DNA of 40,694 nucleotides from a virus (Duplodnaviria; Heunggongvirae; Uroviricota; Caudoviricetes): IMG/VR virus record IMGVR_UViG_2541047798_000002; one strand, 5' to 3'. Shown piece by piece: positions 8,645 to 18,030 of this stretch (position 1 is its first letter; each line of letters starts with the position of its first letter). The notes under the pieces were generated by a model. It saw only the letters and a program-made list of their open reading frames with translations, ran no database searches and was not told where the DNA came from. The position numbers and the translations under genes were made by a program.

Positions 8645-8672
8645 ACCCAAAAAGCCCCGTTCCCTCGGGGCT
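8645..8672 (-). terminator. Intrinsic terminator immediately after the 177-aa gene
   Basis: gccccg-ttccct-cggggc hairpin starting 2 nt after the stop codon, followed on the minus strand by TTTTTGG (bidirectional: T-run on the plus strand too). Confidence 0.6.
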
Positions 8673-9206
8673 TTATTCTTTTGTTCCGCCATCAATCATC
8701 GCAAAAGATTCCACAATCAGACTGATACGCTTGGCTTCATCTTTTGTCAGGTCGCGAGGCAGGTTGCCAATGGTGACGATAAGATCTCCGCGCAATGGAA
8801 TCGGCAGTTCAAATGTTTTTACACCAACCTGTACGTCAGCTACCGCCTTCTTCTTAGGTGCCATCTTTTTACGCTCCTTTTTTTTATTTACATCACCAAC
8901 TGACACATTAATCTCACCATTCTGGTAGGAGATAAATTTATCAATAGCACTTTGCATCCGGCTTTTGTATGCCTGCAAAGATGATTCAGAGGGTTTGCTT
9001 TCTGCTGAGTCTGCGTACGAACTTGCTAAGTTGGCAACGCTATAATCACGGATATCGGCATCGGTGAAATCCGACCCAAGAACAGTAAGAAGGCGCAGGG
9101 AAGAGTCACGGAGATTGCGGGCTGTAGCATCATTGACGATACCAAGCTCAGGAAGCATCTGTAAGAAGTCCTGAAATGCTTTGATGGTGTAGCTTTTGGT
9201 TTGCAT
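8673..9206 (-). CDS. Hypothetical protein (177 aa), cI-linked cassette gene 2
   Basis: ORF with N-terminal ~110-aa region, lysine-rich linker NKKKERKKMAPKKKAV and ~60-aa C-terminal region; no family recognised. Sits in the lambda rexAB-equivalent slot. Confidence 0.6.
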   Translation of the reverse strand: MQTKSYTIKAFQDFLQMLPELGIVNDATARNLRDSSLRLLTVLGSDFTDADIRDYSVANLASSYADSAESKPSESSLQAYKSRMQSAIDKFISYQNGEINVSVGDVNKKKERKKMAPKKKAVADVQVGVKTFELPIPLRGDLIVTIGNLPRDLTKDEAKRISLIVESFAMIDGGTKE

Positions 9207-9395
9207 AAAAAAGCCTCATACAGTTGATGAGGCAATACTAATTTGATCGTCAAAACAAATCAAGACCCAAGAAACGATCGTTGATTCCTTTCTTTGTGAC
9301 AATACAGTCAAATCAAGTTTTACAAGGATTACTTTTCTTCGATTACATTAAAGGCCGCACTTCTGCGACCATCCATCACCAAAATGTCTCTTCAC

Positions 9396-9737
9396 TCATC
9401 CGAAGAAGCAGCAATCCGGGTCAGCACGCACAAGCTCAAGCGCATCAGTCAGCGAAAGTTCAGTACTGTACTGATGCCATTTCATATCCTTCCGCATCCA
9501 ATAGATTTTCCATCTATCCAGAGAACGTATGTACTTGATTCTTGCTGATGGCAGGATGTTTGTTTCACCTGGGTTGCCCTGCCACACGGGGCGCTGTTCG
9601 CCGATATCTATCGTTTGGTCATTGATGCTATAAACAATATCCAGTTCATTGCGGATATGTTCAGGCGGCCTTATGCTTTCAATGAATTGGTGAACTTCTT
9701 TTTTGACCGCTTGATATTCAAGGTCAGTGAACGCCAT
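9396..9737 (-). CDS. Hypothetical protein (113 aa), cI-linked cassette gene 1
   Basis: ORF starting 60 bp downstream of the cI stop on the same strand (rexA-like position); Trp/Lys-rich C-terminal half (RWKIYWMRKDMKWHQY); no family recognised. Confidence 0.6.
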   Translation of the reverse strand: MAFTDLEYQAVKKEVHQFIESIRPPEHIRNELDIVYSINDQTIDIGEQRPVWQGNPGETNILPSARIKYIRSLDRWKIYWMRKDMKWHQYSTELSLTDALELVRADPDCCFFG

Positions 9738-9797
9738 CTATCCTCCTCACCCAAACGTCTCTTCAGGCCACTGGTTACCAGCTATGTGACGATGAAG

Positions 9798-10502
9798 TCA
9801 CGAACTTTTCAGCCACTCCCTTGCCTCGATGTCATCCAGATGGCGAGATTGCTTCAGAATACCAGCTACATACTCCACCTTTGCTACTTGATGATAAGGC
9901 AACGTTATAGGCCTGTGGTCTTGGTTGATGCTTGTAAATTGGTATTCTCCATCTCTGTCATAGCCAAGAACCTTAATCATGTTGTGTCCTTCAACGGTTC
10001 TGACAAACACCTCATCACCCGGGAATACTTTGGTGTTAGGCTCAATGAGTACATATTCTCCTGATTTTATTCTGGGCCACATGCTGTCTCCTTTCACACG
10101 AAGGCCAAAGGCATCTGGATCATCGCTATAAATTTTGAGCCACCCATCGCGCTCTTCGGTCATCTCGATGGCACCATCAACACCAAGAATTGCCTCACCA
10201 ACCACGCGCACTAACCCTTTTCTTACCTGACCGACAAAAGTTAAAGAATCTGAGCATGATGCAATTGGTGTTACATCATGTACCAAATCAAGCCACCCAT
10301 TAGGTAACCCAAGTGCGGCTTCGAATTTTCTTGCTAGTTTATCCCCTATGTTTCGAGTGCTTTTTTCACCGGAGACTTGCGTGAGTTGAGAAGGGCTAAC
10401 TCCAAGCTTATCGGCAAAGCTTGCATTAGTGTTACCCGCGATTTTTTTATGCTCATCTAGCAAAAACGCCAGATTCGATTTGCGAATATCTTTGTTTTCC
10501 AT
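9798..10502 (-). CDS. cI: CI-type prophage repressor (HTH + S24 LexA-like peptidase domain)
   Basis: 234-aa ORF; N-terminal HTH region and C-terminal autocleavage domain with GDSMWP serine motif and downstream Lys; divergent from cro across an operator-rich region. Confidence 0.9.
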   Translation of the reverse strand: MENKDIRKSNLAFLLDEHKKIAGNTNASFADKLGVSPSQLTQVSGEKSTRNIGDKLARKFEAALGLPNGWLDLVHDVTPIASCSDSLTFVGQVRKGLVRVVGEAILGVDGAIEMTEERDGWLKIYSDDPDAFGLRVKGDSMWPRIKSGEYVLIEPNTKVFPGDEVFVRTVEGHNMIKVLGYDRDGEYQFTSINQDHRPITLPYHQVAKVEYVAGILKQSRHLDDIEAREWLKSS

Positions 10503-10615
10503 CCCACGATTCTCCCTCTATTTAGCAAATGGATAAATACGCATTTTGATAAATCTCCATTGCAGTTTATTTATCAAAATGGTAAAGTTGCTCTGTGTGA
10601 TAAACGGAGGCACTA
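10503..10615. promoter_or_regulatory. OR/PRM/PR region: three operator-like repeats and rightward promoter TTGCAG-17-TAAAGT
   Basis: Repeats GCAAATGGATAAATAC, GCATTTTGATAAATC, TTTATCAAAATGGTAAA share TTTATC/GATAAA half-sites with OL; PR -35 at 10568..10573 and -10 at 10591..10596; cro SD GGAGG follows. Confidence 0.6.
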
Positions 10616-10849
10616 ATGAGTAATGAACTACTACGCTGGCGAAAAGAGGCTTCTAGTGAGGAATGGAAGCGACTCGCCGCATTAGCGAATACTTCAGTTG
10701 GCTATCTTGATCAGATTGCATATGGGTTTCGAAGAGCTTCCCCAGATAAAGCGAATGCAATCGAAGAAGCCACTCGTAATTTCACGGGTTATAAACCTGT
10801 GAAAAAGGAAAATCTGGTGTTCGTATCGCGTAGAGCATCAGCAGCATAA
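10616..10849 (+). CDS. cro: Cro-like lytic repressor (HTH)
   Basis: 77-aa ORF divergent from cI with strong SD; small HTH-type protein in canonical position. Confidence 0.7.
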   Translation: MSNELLRWRKEASSEEWKRLAALANTSVGYLDQIAYGFRRASPDKANAIEEATRNFTGYKPVKKENLVFVSRRASAA

Positions 10850-10856
10850 GTAACCC

Positions 10857-10901
10857 CGCTCTTTGTAACAACGGACATTCGTCCTACGTCGCTGAAAAGC
10901 G
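10857..10901 (+). promoter_or_regulatory. nutR (boxA CGCTCTTTGTAA; boxB hairpin TCGCTGAAAAGCGA)
   Basis: Between cro and cII; boxB loop GAAAA identical to the nutL candidate. Confidence 0.5.
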
Positions 10902-10987
10902 AATCCCAGAATATCTTACCAACCAAGGCCATATGCGTTTCCACGCATACCTTTCAACTAACTATTCACTATTGGAAATCTTAAGAA

Positions 10988-11284
10988 ATGGAACAAACAA
11001 GTTACAGCAAACTATCACAGCGCGACGTTGATCGCGCAGAAACAGATTTACTCATCAACCTGTCAACACTTACCCAGCGCGGTCTGGCAAAGATGATTGG
11101 CTGTCATGAATCGAAGATAAGCAGAACGGACTGGAGATTTATTGCTTCGGTCTTGTGTGCTTTCGGAATGGCATCAGACATCAGTCCGATTAGCAGGGCT
11201 TTTAAGTATGCGCTTGATGAAATCACAAAGAAAAAATCCCCGGCTGCCACCGAGGATTTTAAGCAAATTGATATGCAATTCTGA
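10988..11284 (+). CDS. cII: CII-like transcriptional activator
   Basis: 98-aa ORF; C-terminus [18 protein letters not shown] parallels lambda CII KKRPAATERSEQIQMEF; HTH-like segment [14 protein letters not shown]. Confidence 0.75.
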   Translation: MEQTSYSKLSQRDVDRAETDLLINLSTLTQRGLAKMIGCHESKISRTDWRFIASVLCAFGMASDISPISRAFKYALDEITKKKSPAATEDFKQIDMQF

Positions 11285-11316
11285 GGGAATTACTGGATCA
11301 ATCCACAGGAGTAATT

Positions 11317-11463
11317 ATGACAAAACAACTCAGTCCTTACCAGGACAAAATTCACAAACACATACTACGTGATCGCTTCCTGTCCAGCTTCAAGCAGCCT
11401 GGTCGATTCCGGGCTGAGTTGGAAAAAGTGAAGCTGATGCAGAAGGAGAAAGGTCATGAGTAA
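11317..11463 (+). CDS. Small hypothetical protein (48 aa) between cII and O
   Basis: Not in ORF track; ATG with AGGAG at 7-nt spacing; stop overlaps the O-like start. Confidence 0.3.
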   Translation: MTKQLSPYQDKIHKHILRDRFLSSFKQPGRFRAELEKVKLMQKEKGHE

Positions 11464-12316
11464 TCTTGCAACCGTAACACATTTAAGGCCTTCACAACGG
11501 CCTGTGGAGCGTCGTGTGGCAGAAGTTGAAGATGGTTATACCCGTCTTGCAAATGCCCTGTATGAAGAGCTTATCGGCGCAGATTTAACGAAAAATCAGA
11601 GCAAGGTTGCCCACGCCATATGCCGTAAAACATACGGCTACGGTAAAAATATGGATCGCATCTCTGATAGTCAGTTAGCTCAAATTACCAGGCTGCCAAG
11701 ACAGAAGGTAAACAAGGCCAAGAATGAGCTTATCGCGATGAAGGTTATCCTTCGCGAAGGCCAGCAAATCGGGCCTAACAAGAACATCGAGGAATGGCAA
11801 ATCGAAGGGTGTCACTACTCTGGTGATAATGTCACTGCATTGGTGACAAAAAGTGTCACCAAAACGGTGACAGCGCTGTCACCAAAACAGGGACACACAA
11901 AAGAAACTATTACAAAAGAAAAAAGAAATAATAAAAACACTATGTCCGAAAGTGTTCGGACGGAGTGTGAAAAATCACATGACCGTCACGAAGAAACCGA
12001 CAAGGCATTCGAGGAAATATTCTGGTGTGCAGGCATGCGGAAAGCCGGGAAGAAAAACGCAGCTTCGGCATTCAGAACACAGTTCAGGGAATGGCGTAAA
12101 ACTACCAGGGGTACGGCAAGCGAGTTTGCCACGATGCTGGCAGAAGACATCGCATGCAGGAATGGTAAGCAGTTCGGATTCGACAGGTTGTTACCATCGA
12201 GCTACCTGAACGGTCAACGCTGGAACGACGAGAAGCCAGAAACTATTCAACCACAATCCAAACCATCATCCGCAATCACCGTATCGAAAACTGGCTACGT
12301 GTTTTTCGACAGGTGA
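11456..12316 (+). CDS. O: Replication initiator, lambda O-like
   Basis: 286-aa ORF in the O position; central coding region contains iteron-like palindromes followed by an AT-rich stretch, the lambda ori arrangement. Confidence 0.7.
   Translation: MSNLATVTHLRPSQRPVERRVAEVEDGYTRLANALYEELIGADLTKNQSKVAHAICRKTYGYGKNMDRISDSQLAQITRLPRQKVNKAKNELIAMKVILREGQQIGPNKNIEEWQIEGCHYSGDNVTALVTKSVTKTVTALSPKQGHTKETITKEKRNNKNTMSESVRTECEKSHDRHEETDKAFEEIFWCAGMRKAGKKNAASAFRTQFREWRKTTRGTASEFATMLAEDIACRNGKQFGFDRLLPSSYLNGQRWNDEKPETIQPQSKPSSAITVSKTGYVFFDR
11821..11945. repeat. Putative replication origin: GGTGACA/TGTCACC iterons followed by AT-rich tract, inside the O-like gene
   Basis: tggtgacaaaaagtgtcacca and cggtgacagcgctgtcacca palindromes plus upstream tggtgataatgtcac; then aaagaaactattacaaaagaaaaaagaaataataaaaacac. 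Confidence 0.55.
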
Positions 12317-12423
12317 ACCATGAAATCAAAAATCAAATCGCTACTGGTCGCTGGTTATAACCACGGCTGGTTAAGTATTTCGTTTGTCGATTTCTGGTTT
12401 AAAAATCTCAATCTGAGGGAATC

Positions 12424-14304
12424 ATGACGCCAAGTGAACTTAGCGACCTGCTTTGGGCGCAGGTTGACAGGGTGGCTCCGCACCTGTTGCCAAACGGCAA
12501 GAAAGAGGGGCATGAGTGGGTTGCCGGTAACGTCAACGGTGACAAGGGAAACAGCCTTAAGGTCAACCTTAGCGGCAAGAAAAAATGGGCTGATTTCGCT
12601 GAGGGAGACGGCGGTGACATGCTTGATTTGTGGATGGCATGTCGTGGAATTAACCTGCATCAGGCTATGCAGGAAGCGAAAGCCTTTCTCGGAATCAAGG
12701 ATGACGATCACCATTTCGATGCCAAACGTGAGAAGAAATTCTCCAGACCTGATCGCAAGAAAATCGCCCGCTACGTTACCAGAACAGAATCCCATCTTGA
12801 GTACCTGCAATCGCGTGGCATATCGCCAGAAATCGTAAAGCGCTACGAGGTTGTCAGCGGCAAGGTGTGGAATGGAGAGCGGGAACTGGATGCTCTGGTG
12901 ATTCCGTACAAACGCGATGGTGAGTTGTTGCAGGTCAAGCGAATCAGCACTGAGCGCCCGGACGGGAAGAAAGTCATTATGGCAGAAGGTGATTGCGAAC
13001 CTTGCCTGTTCGGATGGCAGGCTCTGGACGCTGGCGTGAGGGCGGTTGTGCTTTGCGAAGGCGAAATTGATTGTATGAGCTATGCGCAATACGGCATCTC
13101 GGCGTTATCCGTGCCGTTTGGTGGCGGGAAAGGCGCTAAGCAACAGTGGATTGAGTTTGAGTATCACAACCTCGACAGGTTTGAGGAAATATTCATCTCG
13201 ATGGACGTTGATGATGTTGGTCGTGAAGCCGCAAGGGAAATCGCAAGCCGACTCGGTGAACATCGTTGCCGTCTTGTTACTCTGCCGTACAAAGACATCA
13301 ACGAATGCCTGATGAACGGTGTTACCGAGGATGAAATCTGGCAGTACATCGGCACGGCATCCTACTTCGATCCTGAAGAACTCTACAGCGCGCGAGAGTT
13401 TTACCAGGACACTATCAACGCTTTCTACGGCAAGCAGCAATATCTGTTTAATCCACCGTGGGAATCTCTGGCAGATAAATTCCAGTTCCGTGAGGCAGAG
13501 TTGACGCTGGTCAATGGTGTGAACGGTCACGGAAAAACGGAGGTTGTCGGGCATATGGCACTTGAGGCAATGCGTCAGGGTGTGAAGACGTGCATCGCGT
13601 CACTTGAGCTGAAGCCTGGTATTCTCCTTAAGCGCCTTACCCGTCAGGCGACGTGCTGCAAGATGCCGCCAGTGCTGGAAATTGACTCTGCATTTAAATT
13701 TTATGACGAAAGACTTTGGGTGTTTGGCCTGACCGGAACGGCGAAAGCCGACAGGCTGATCGAAATATTCGACTACGCTCGCCGCCGATACGGGATCCAG
13801 TTATTCATCATCGACAGCCTGATGAAATGTGGCATAGGCGACGATGACTATAACGGGCAGAAGGCGTTTGTTGACTCGATTTGCGACTTCAAAAACAAAA
13901 CAAACTCCCACGTCATTCTCGTTACTCACTCGCGAAAAGGAGACAGCGAAGAAAAACCAACCGGGAAAATGGACGTAAAAGGCTCTGGAGCGATAACAGA
14001 CCTGACAGACAACCTTTTCATCATCTGGCGTAACAAGGCTCGCGAGAGAGCGTTACAGAGAGTTCAGAGTGGTGAAAAGATGTCAGAGAAGGACGAACAG
14101 CTACTGGCATCTCCGGCATCTGTTTTGATGCTTGAAAAACAACGTAACGGCGAAGGTTGGGAAGGTGGTGTCCCGTTGTTCCTTGACGAGCAATCGCACC
14201 AGTTCCTGCAACTTGAATCAGGATCGCCATATAGCTACATCGCCAATATGCCGAAATCGGAATATGACGAGGCGTGGCGACAGGAAAACGTGACGGAGTA
14301 TTAA
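12424..14304 (+). CDS. Bifunctional primase-helicase (Toprim primase domain + DnaB/RecA-like helicase domain)
   Basis: 626-aa ORF; Toprim-like acidic motifs (VVLCEGEIDCMSY, ISMDVDDVGRE), Walker A NGVNGHGKTE, Walker B LFIIDSLMK. Confidence 0.75.
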   Translation: MTPSELSDLLWAQVDRVAPHLLPNGKKEGHEWVAGNVNGDKGNSLKVNLSGKKKWADFAEGDGGDMLDLWMACRGINLHQAMQEAKAFLGIKDDDHHFDAKREKKFSRPDRKKIARYVTRTESHLEYLQSRGISPEIVKRYEVVSGKVWNGERELDALVIPYKRDGELLQVKRISTERPDGKKVIMAEGDCEPCLFGWQALDAGVRAVVLCEGEIDCMSYAQYGISALSVPFGGGKGAKQQWIEFEYHNLDRFEEIFISMDVDDVGREAAREIASRLGEHRCRLVTLPYKDINECLMNGVTEDEIWQYIGTASYFDPEELYSAREFYQDTINAFYGKQQYLFNPPWESLADKFQFREAELTLVNGVNGHGKTEVVGHMALEAMRQGVKTCIASLELKPGILLKRLTRQATCCKMPPVLEIDSAFKFYDERLWVFGLTGTAKADRLIEIFDYARRRYGIQLFIIDSLMKCGIGDDDYNGQKAFVDSICDFKNKTNSHVILVTHSRKGDSEEKPTGKMDVKGSGAITDLTDNLFIIWRNKARERALQRVQSGEKMSEKDEQLLASPASVLMLEKQRNGEGWEGGVPLFLDEQSHQFLQLESGSPYSYIANMPKSEYDEAWRQENVTEY

Positions 14305-14380
14305 ATGACCATCTACATCACTGAGCTTGTAACAGGCCTGCTGGTAATCGCAGGCCTTTTTATTTGGGGGAGAGTAAATC

Positions 14381-14587
14381 GTGGCTGAGTTTATGCTCGT
14401 CGCACTCAAATGCGTTGGCGTTGGATGGATTCTTCTGACGTTTTTTATTGTTCTGCATAGCTACATTCGTCTTGTGAATGACGGTAAAGACCCATGGTAT
14501 ACGTTGTTTGGCGCTGCATTTGTCTGGGTGATTATCGGTGTTATGCCTGTCGCTGTAGCAAAAATGGCGTGGCGTTTTGTTAGTTGA
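14381..14587 (+). CDS. Hypothetical small membrane protein (68 aa)
   Basis: GTG start after GGGGGAG; two hydrophobic helices. Confidence 0.4.
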   Translation: MAEFMLVALKCVGVGWILLTFFIVLHSYIRLVNDGKDPWYTLFGAAFVWVIIGVMPVAVAKMAWRFVS

Positions 14588-14594
14588 GGTAACG

Positions 14595-15041
14595 ATGAAG
14601 CCAATATACATGCTTCGCAACGAAGCAATCAGAAACAACGCCATAGACGCAATACTCTCACTTCCGATCGACGACAAGTCACCTCACGAAGTCCACATTA
14701 AAGAACCAAAGCGGAGCAATCCTCAAAACCGCCTTATGTGGGCGTTATTGCAGGACGTATCGCGTCAGGTGCTCTGGCATGGAGAGAGACTTGCGCCGGA
14801 GGACTGGAAAGATCTGTTCACTGCCCTGTGGCTTAAGACCAAAAAACTGGAGCAACGAAGTGCGCCTGGTATCGACGGTGGCGTTGTTATGCTTGGCGTG
14901 CGTACCAGCAAAATGCGAAAGGCCAGCATGACTGAGCTTATCGAAATCATGTTCTGGTTCGGCTCAGAGCGCAACGTGCGGTGGAGTGATGACTCCCGGC
15001 GAGAGTATGAATGGTCACAACGAACAGGGAGGGCGGCATGA
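14595..15041 (+). CDS. ninB: NinB (Orf-family recombination mediator)
   Basis: Matches lambda NinB motifs as recalled (DVSRQV.WHG, WK..FTA, SDD.R.EYEW, C-terminal RAA); start set at MKPIYML with GAGGT SD. Confidence 0.85.
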   Translation: MKPIYMLRNEAIRNNAIDAILSLPIDDKSPHEVHIKEPKRSNPQNRLMWALLQDVSRQVLWHGERLAPEDWKDLFTALWLKTKKLEQRSAPGIDGGVVMLGVRTSKMRKASMTELIEIMFWFGSERNVRWSDDSRREYEWSQRTGRAA

Positions 15042-15220
15042 GGCGACAGCGACGAAGTTTCACCGACATAATCTGTGAAAACTGCAATTACCTTCCAACG
15101 AAACGTTCCAGAAATAAACCCAGGCCAATCCCAAAAGAATCTGACGTTAAAACCTTCAATTACACGGCTCACCTGTGGGATATCCGGTGGCTAAGACATC
15201 GTGCGAGGAAAACAAGGTGA
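15038..15220 (+). CDS. ninE: NinE-like protein
   Basis: [60 protein letters not shown] matches lambda nin-region NinE as I recall; SD GGAGG. Confidence 0.65.
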   Translation: MRRQRRSFTDIICENCNYLPTKRSRNKPRPIPKESDVKTFNYTAHLWDIRWLRHRARKTR

Positions 15221-15387
15221 TTGACCAAAATCGAAGTTACGAACAAGAAAGCGTCGAGCGAGCTTTAACGTGCGCTAACTGCGGTCAGAAGCTGCATGTG
15301 CTGGAAGTTCACGTGTGTGAGCTCTGCTGTGCAGAACTGATGAGCGATCCGAATAGCTCAATGTACGAGGAAGAAGACGATGGCTAA
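15217..15387 (+). CDS. ninF: NinF-like protein
   Basis: GTG start after GAGGA; ...[55 protein letters not shown] matches lambda NinF as recalled. Confidence 0.65.
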   Translation: MIDQNRSYEQESVERALTCANCGQKLHVLEVHVCELCCAELMSDPNSSMYEEEDDG

Positions 15388-15991
15388 ACCAGCGCGAAGA
15401 CGATGTAAAAACGATGAATGTCGGGAATGGTTTCACCCTGCATTCGCCAATCAGTGGTGGTGCTCTCCAGAGTGTGGAACCAAGATAGCACTCGAACGAC
15501 GAAGCAAAGAACGCGAAAAAGCGGAAAAGGAAGTAGAGAAGAAACGACGACGAGAGGAGCAGAAACAGAAAGATAAACTTAAGATTCGAAAACTCGCCTT
15601 AAAGCCCCGCAGTTACTGGATTAAACAAGCCCAACAAGCCGTAAACGCCTTCATCAGAGAAAGAGACCGCGACTTACCATGTATCTCGTGCGGAACGCTC
15701 ACGTCTGCTCAGTGGGATGCCGGGCATTACCGGACAACTGCTGCGGCACCTCAACTCCGATTTGATGAACGCAATATTCACAAGCAATGCGTGGTGTGCA
15801 ACCAGCACAAAAGCGGAAATCTCGTTCCGTATCGCGTCGAACTGATTAATCGCATCGGGCAGGAAGCAGTAGACGAAATCGAATTAAACCATAACCGCCA
15901 TCGCTGGACTGTCGAAGAGTGCAGGGCCATCAAGGCGGAGTATCAGCAGAAACTTAAAAATCTGCGAAACAGCAGAAGTGAGGCAGCATGA
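15380..15991 (+). CDS. ninG: NinG (Rap) recombination-associated endonuclease
   Basis: 203-aa ORF with Cys-rich N-terminus and conserved C-terminal region in the NinG position. Confidence 0.8.
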   Translation: MAKPARRRCKNDECREWFHPAFANQWWCSPECGTKIALERRSKEREKAEKEVEKKRRREEQKQKDKLKIRKLALKPRSYWIKQAQQAVNAFIRERDRDLPCISCGTLTSAQWDAGHYRTTAAAPQLRFDERNIHKQCVVCNQHKSGNLVPYRVELINRIGQEAVDEIELNHNRHRWTVEECRAIKAEYQQKLKNLRNSRSEAA

Positions 15992-16653
15992 ATATCTACG
16001 AAAGAATTGATGGCAGCAAATACCGAAATATTTGGGTAGCTGGCGACCTGCACGGATGCTACACGAACCTGATGAACAAACTGGATACGATTGGATTCGA
16101 CACCAAAAAAGACCTGCTTATCTCGGTTGGCGATTTGGTTGATCGTGGTGCAGAGAACGTTGAATGCCTGGAATTAATAACATTCCCCTGGTTCAGAGCT
16201 GTACGTGGAAACCATGAGCACATGATGATTGATGGCTTATCAGAGCGTGGAAACGTCAATCACTGGATGCTTAATGGCGGTGGCTGGTTCTTTAATCTCG
16301 ATTACGACAAAGAAATTCTGGCTAAAGCTCTTGCCCATAAAGCAGATGAACTTCCGTTAATCATCGAACTGGTGAGCAAAGATAAAAAATATGTCATCTG
16401 CCACGCCGATTATCCTTGTGACGAATACGAGTTTGGAAAGCCAGTTGATCATCAGCAGGTAATCTGGAACCGCGAACGAATCAGCAACTCACAAGACGGG
16501 ATCGTGAAAGAAATCAAAGGCGCGGACACGTTCATCTTTGGTCATACGCCAGCAGTGAAACCACTCAAGTTTGCCAACCAGATGTATATCGATACCGGCG
16601 CAGTGTTCTGCGGAAATCTCACATTGATTCAGGTACAGGGAGAAGGCGCATGA
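15988..16653 (+). CDS. ninI: NinI Ser/Thr protein phosphatase (lambda PPase-like)
   Basis: 221-aa ORF; metallophosphatase motifs GDLHG, GDLVDRG, GNHE; near-identical to lambda phosphatase as recalled. Confidence 0.9.
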   Translation: MNIYERIDGSKYRNIWVAGDLHGCYTNLMNKLDTIGFDTKKDLLISVGDLVDRGAENVECLELITFPWFRAVRGNHEHMMIDGLSERGNVNHWMLNGGGWFFNLDYDKEILAKALAHKADELPLIIELVSKDKKYVICHADYPCDEYEFGKPVDHQQVIWNRERISNSQDGIVKEIKGADTFIFGHTPAVKPLKFANQMYIDTGAVFCGNLTLIQVQGEGA

Positions 16654-17273
16654 GACTCGAAAGCGTAGCTAAATTTCATTCGCCAAAAAGCCCGATGATG
16701 AGCGACTCACCACGGGCTACGGCTTCTGACTCTCTTTCCGGTACTGATGTGATGGCTGCTATGGGGATGGCGCAATCACAAGCCGGATTCGGAATGGCTG
16801 CATTCTGTGGTAAGCATGAACTCAGCCAGAACGACAAACAAAAGGCTATCAACTATCTGATGCAATTTGCACACAAGGTATCGGGGAAATACCGTGGCGT
16901 GGCAAAGCTTGAAGGAAATACTAAGGCAAAGGTACTGCAAGTGCTCGCAACATTCGCTTATGCGGATTATTGCCGTAGTGCCGCGACGCCGGGCGCAAGA
17001 TGCAGAGATTGCCACGGTACAGGCCGTGCGGTTGATATAGCCAAAACAGAGCAGTGGGGGAGAGTTGTTGAGAAAGAGTGCGGAAGATGCAAAGGTGTCG
17101 GCTATTCAAGAATGCCAGCAAGCGCCGCATATCGCGCTGTAACGATGCTAATCCCAAACCTTACTCAACCCACCTGGTCACGCACTGTTAAGCCGCTGTA
17201 TGACGCTCTGGTGGTGCAATGCCACAAAGAAGAGTCAATCGCAGACAACATTTTGAATGCGGTCACACGTTAG
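16650..17273 (+). CDS. Q: Late-gene antiterminator Q
   Basis: 207-aa ORF, sequence matches lambda Q as recalled ([21 protein letters not shown]..., zinc-ribbon CRDCHGTG...CGRCKG). Confidence 0.9.
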   Translation: MRLESVAKFHSPKSPMMSDSPRATASDSLSGTDVMAAMGMAQSQAGFGMAAFCGKHELSQNDKQKAINYLMQFAHKVSGKYRGVAKLEGNTKAKVLQVLATFAYADYCRSAATPGARCRDCHGTGRAVDIAKTEQWGRVVEKECGRCKGVGYSRMPASAAYRAVTMLIPNLTQPTWSRTVKPLYDALVVQCHKEESIADNILNAVTR

Positions 17274-17315
17274 CAGCATGATTGCCACGGATGGCAACAT
17301 ATTAATGGCATAATA

Positions 17316-17344
17316 TTGACTTTTTGAATAAAGTTGGGTAAATT
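17316..17344 (+). promoter_or_regulatory. Late promoter PR' (TTGACT-17-TAAATT) with downstream qut region
   Basis: Consensus-like sigma70 hexamers directly downstream of Q, as in lambda. Confidence 0.6.
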
Positions 17345-17377
17345 TGACTCAACGATGGATAAATGAACTCGTTAAAT

Positions 17378-17409
17378 AAAGCCCTGAGTTAATAGCTCGG
17401 GGCTTTTTG
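17378..17409 (+). terminator. tR'-like intrinsic terminator
   Basis: agccctgag-ttaatag-ctcggggct hairpin followed by TTTTTGCGTTTT, ~50 nt downstream of PR'. Confidence 0.55.
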
Positions 17410-17706
17410 CGTTTTAAGCACGACATTTCTGAAAGCACATCAAACCAAATACCAGACAGACAAAAATAATCACCTTATCCGCTGTGGCTACGGTGCGGTG
17501 TGCTTTGCATAAATGAAAACCAGCGCAATGGCTGGCTTCGTGAAAGCGGGTGGCAAGAGGCTGCGCTAACAACCTCATGCCGTTTTGCCCGTGCATATCG
17601 GTCACGAACAAATCTGATTACTAAACACAGTAGCCTGGATTTGTTCTATCAGTAACCGACCTTATTCCTAATTAAATAGAGCAAATCCCCTTATTGGGGG
17701 TAAGAC

Positions 17707-18030
17707 ATGAAGATGCCAGAAAAACATGACCTGTTAGCCGCCATTCTCGCGGCAAAGGAACAAGGCATCGGGGCAATCCTTGCGTTTGCAATGGCGTACC
17801 TTCGCGGCAGATATAATGGCGGTGCGTTTACAAAAACAGTAATCGACGCAACGATGTGCGCCATTATCGCCTGGTTCATTCGTGACCTTCTCGACTTCGC
17901 CGGACTAAGTAGCAATCTCGCTTATATAACGAGCGTGTTCATCGGCTACATCGGTACTGACTCGATTGGTTCGCTTATCAAACGCTTCGCTGCTAAAAAA
18001 GCCGGAGTAGAAGATGGTGGAAATCAATAA
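17707..18030 (+). CDS. S: Holin (lambda S-like, class I)
   Basis: 107-aa [42 protein letters not shown]...; dual-start MKM motif; matches lambda S. Confidence 0.9.
   Translation: MKMPEKHDLLAAILAAKEQGIGAILAFAMAYLRGRYNGGAFTKTVIDATMCAIIAWFIRDLLDFAGLSSNLAYITSVFIGYIGTDSIGSLIKRFAAKKAGVEDGGNQ

Noticed and set aside
12320-12427. 35-aa ORF (MKSKIKSLLVAGYNHGWLSISFVDFWFKNLNLRES) between O and the primase-helicase
   Set aside because: Has an SD and overlaps the next start (ATGA), so may be real, but too short and unsupported to call as a feature.
12355-13089. 244-aa ORF on the minus strand
   Set aside because: Entirely antisense to the primase-helicase gene, which has strong catalytic motifs; no SD and low-complexity translation; treated as a shadow ORF. 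The same reasoning applies to 13105..13554 and 12434..12838.
17414-17611. 65-aa minus-strand ORF between tR' and the holin gene
   Set aside because: No SD; lies in the late-leader region on the opposite strand; likely spurious.
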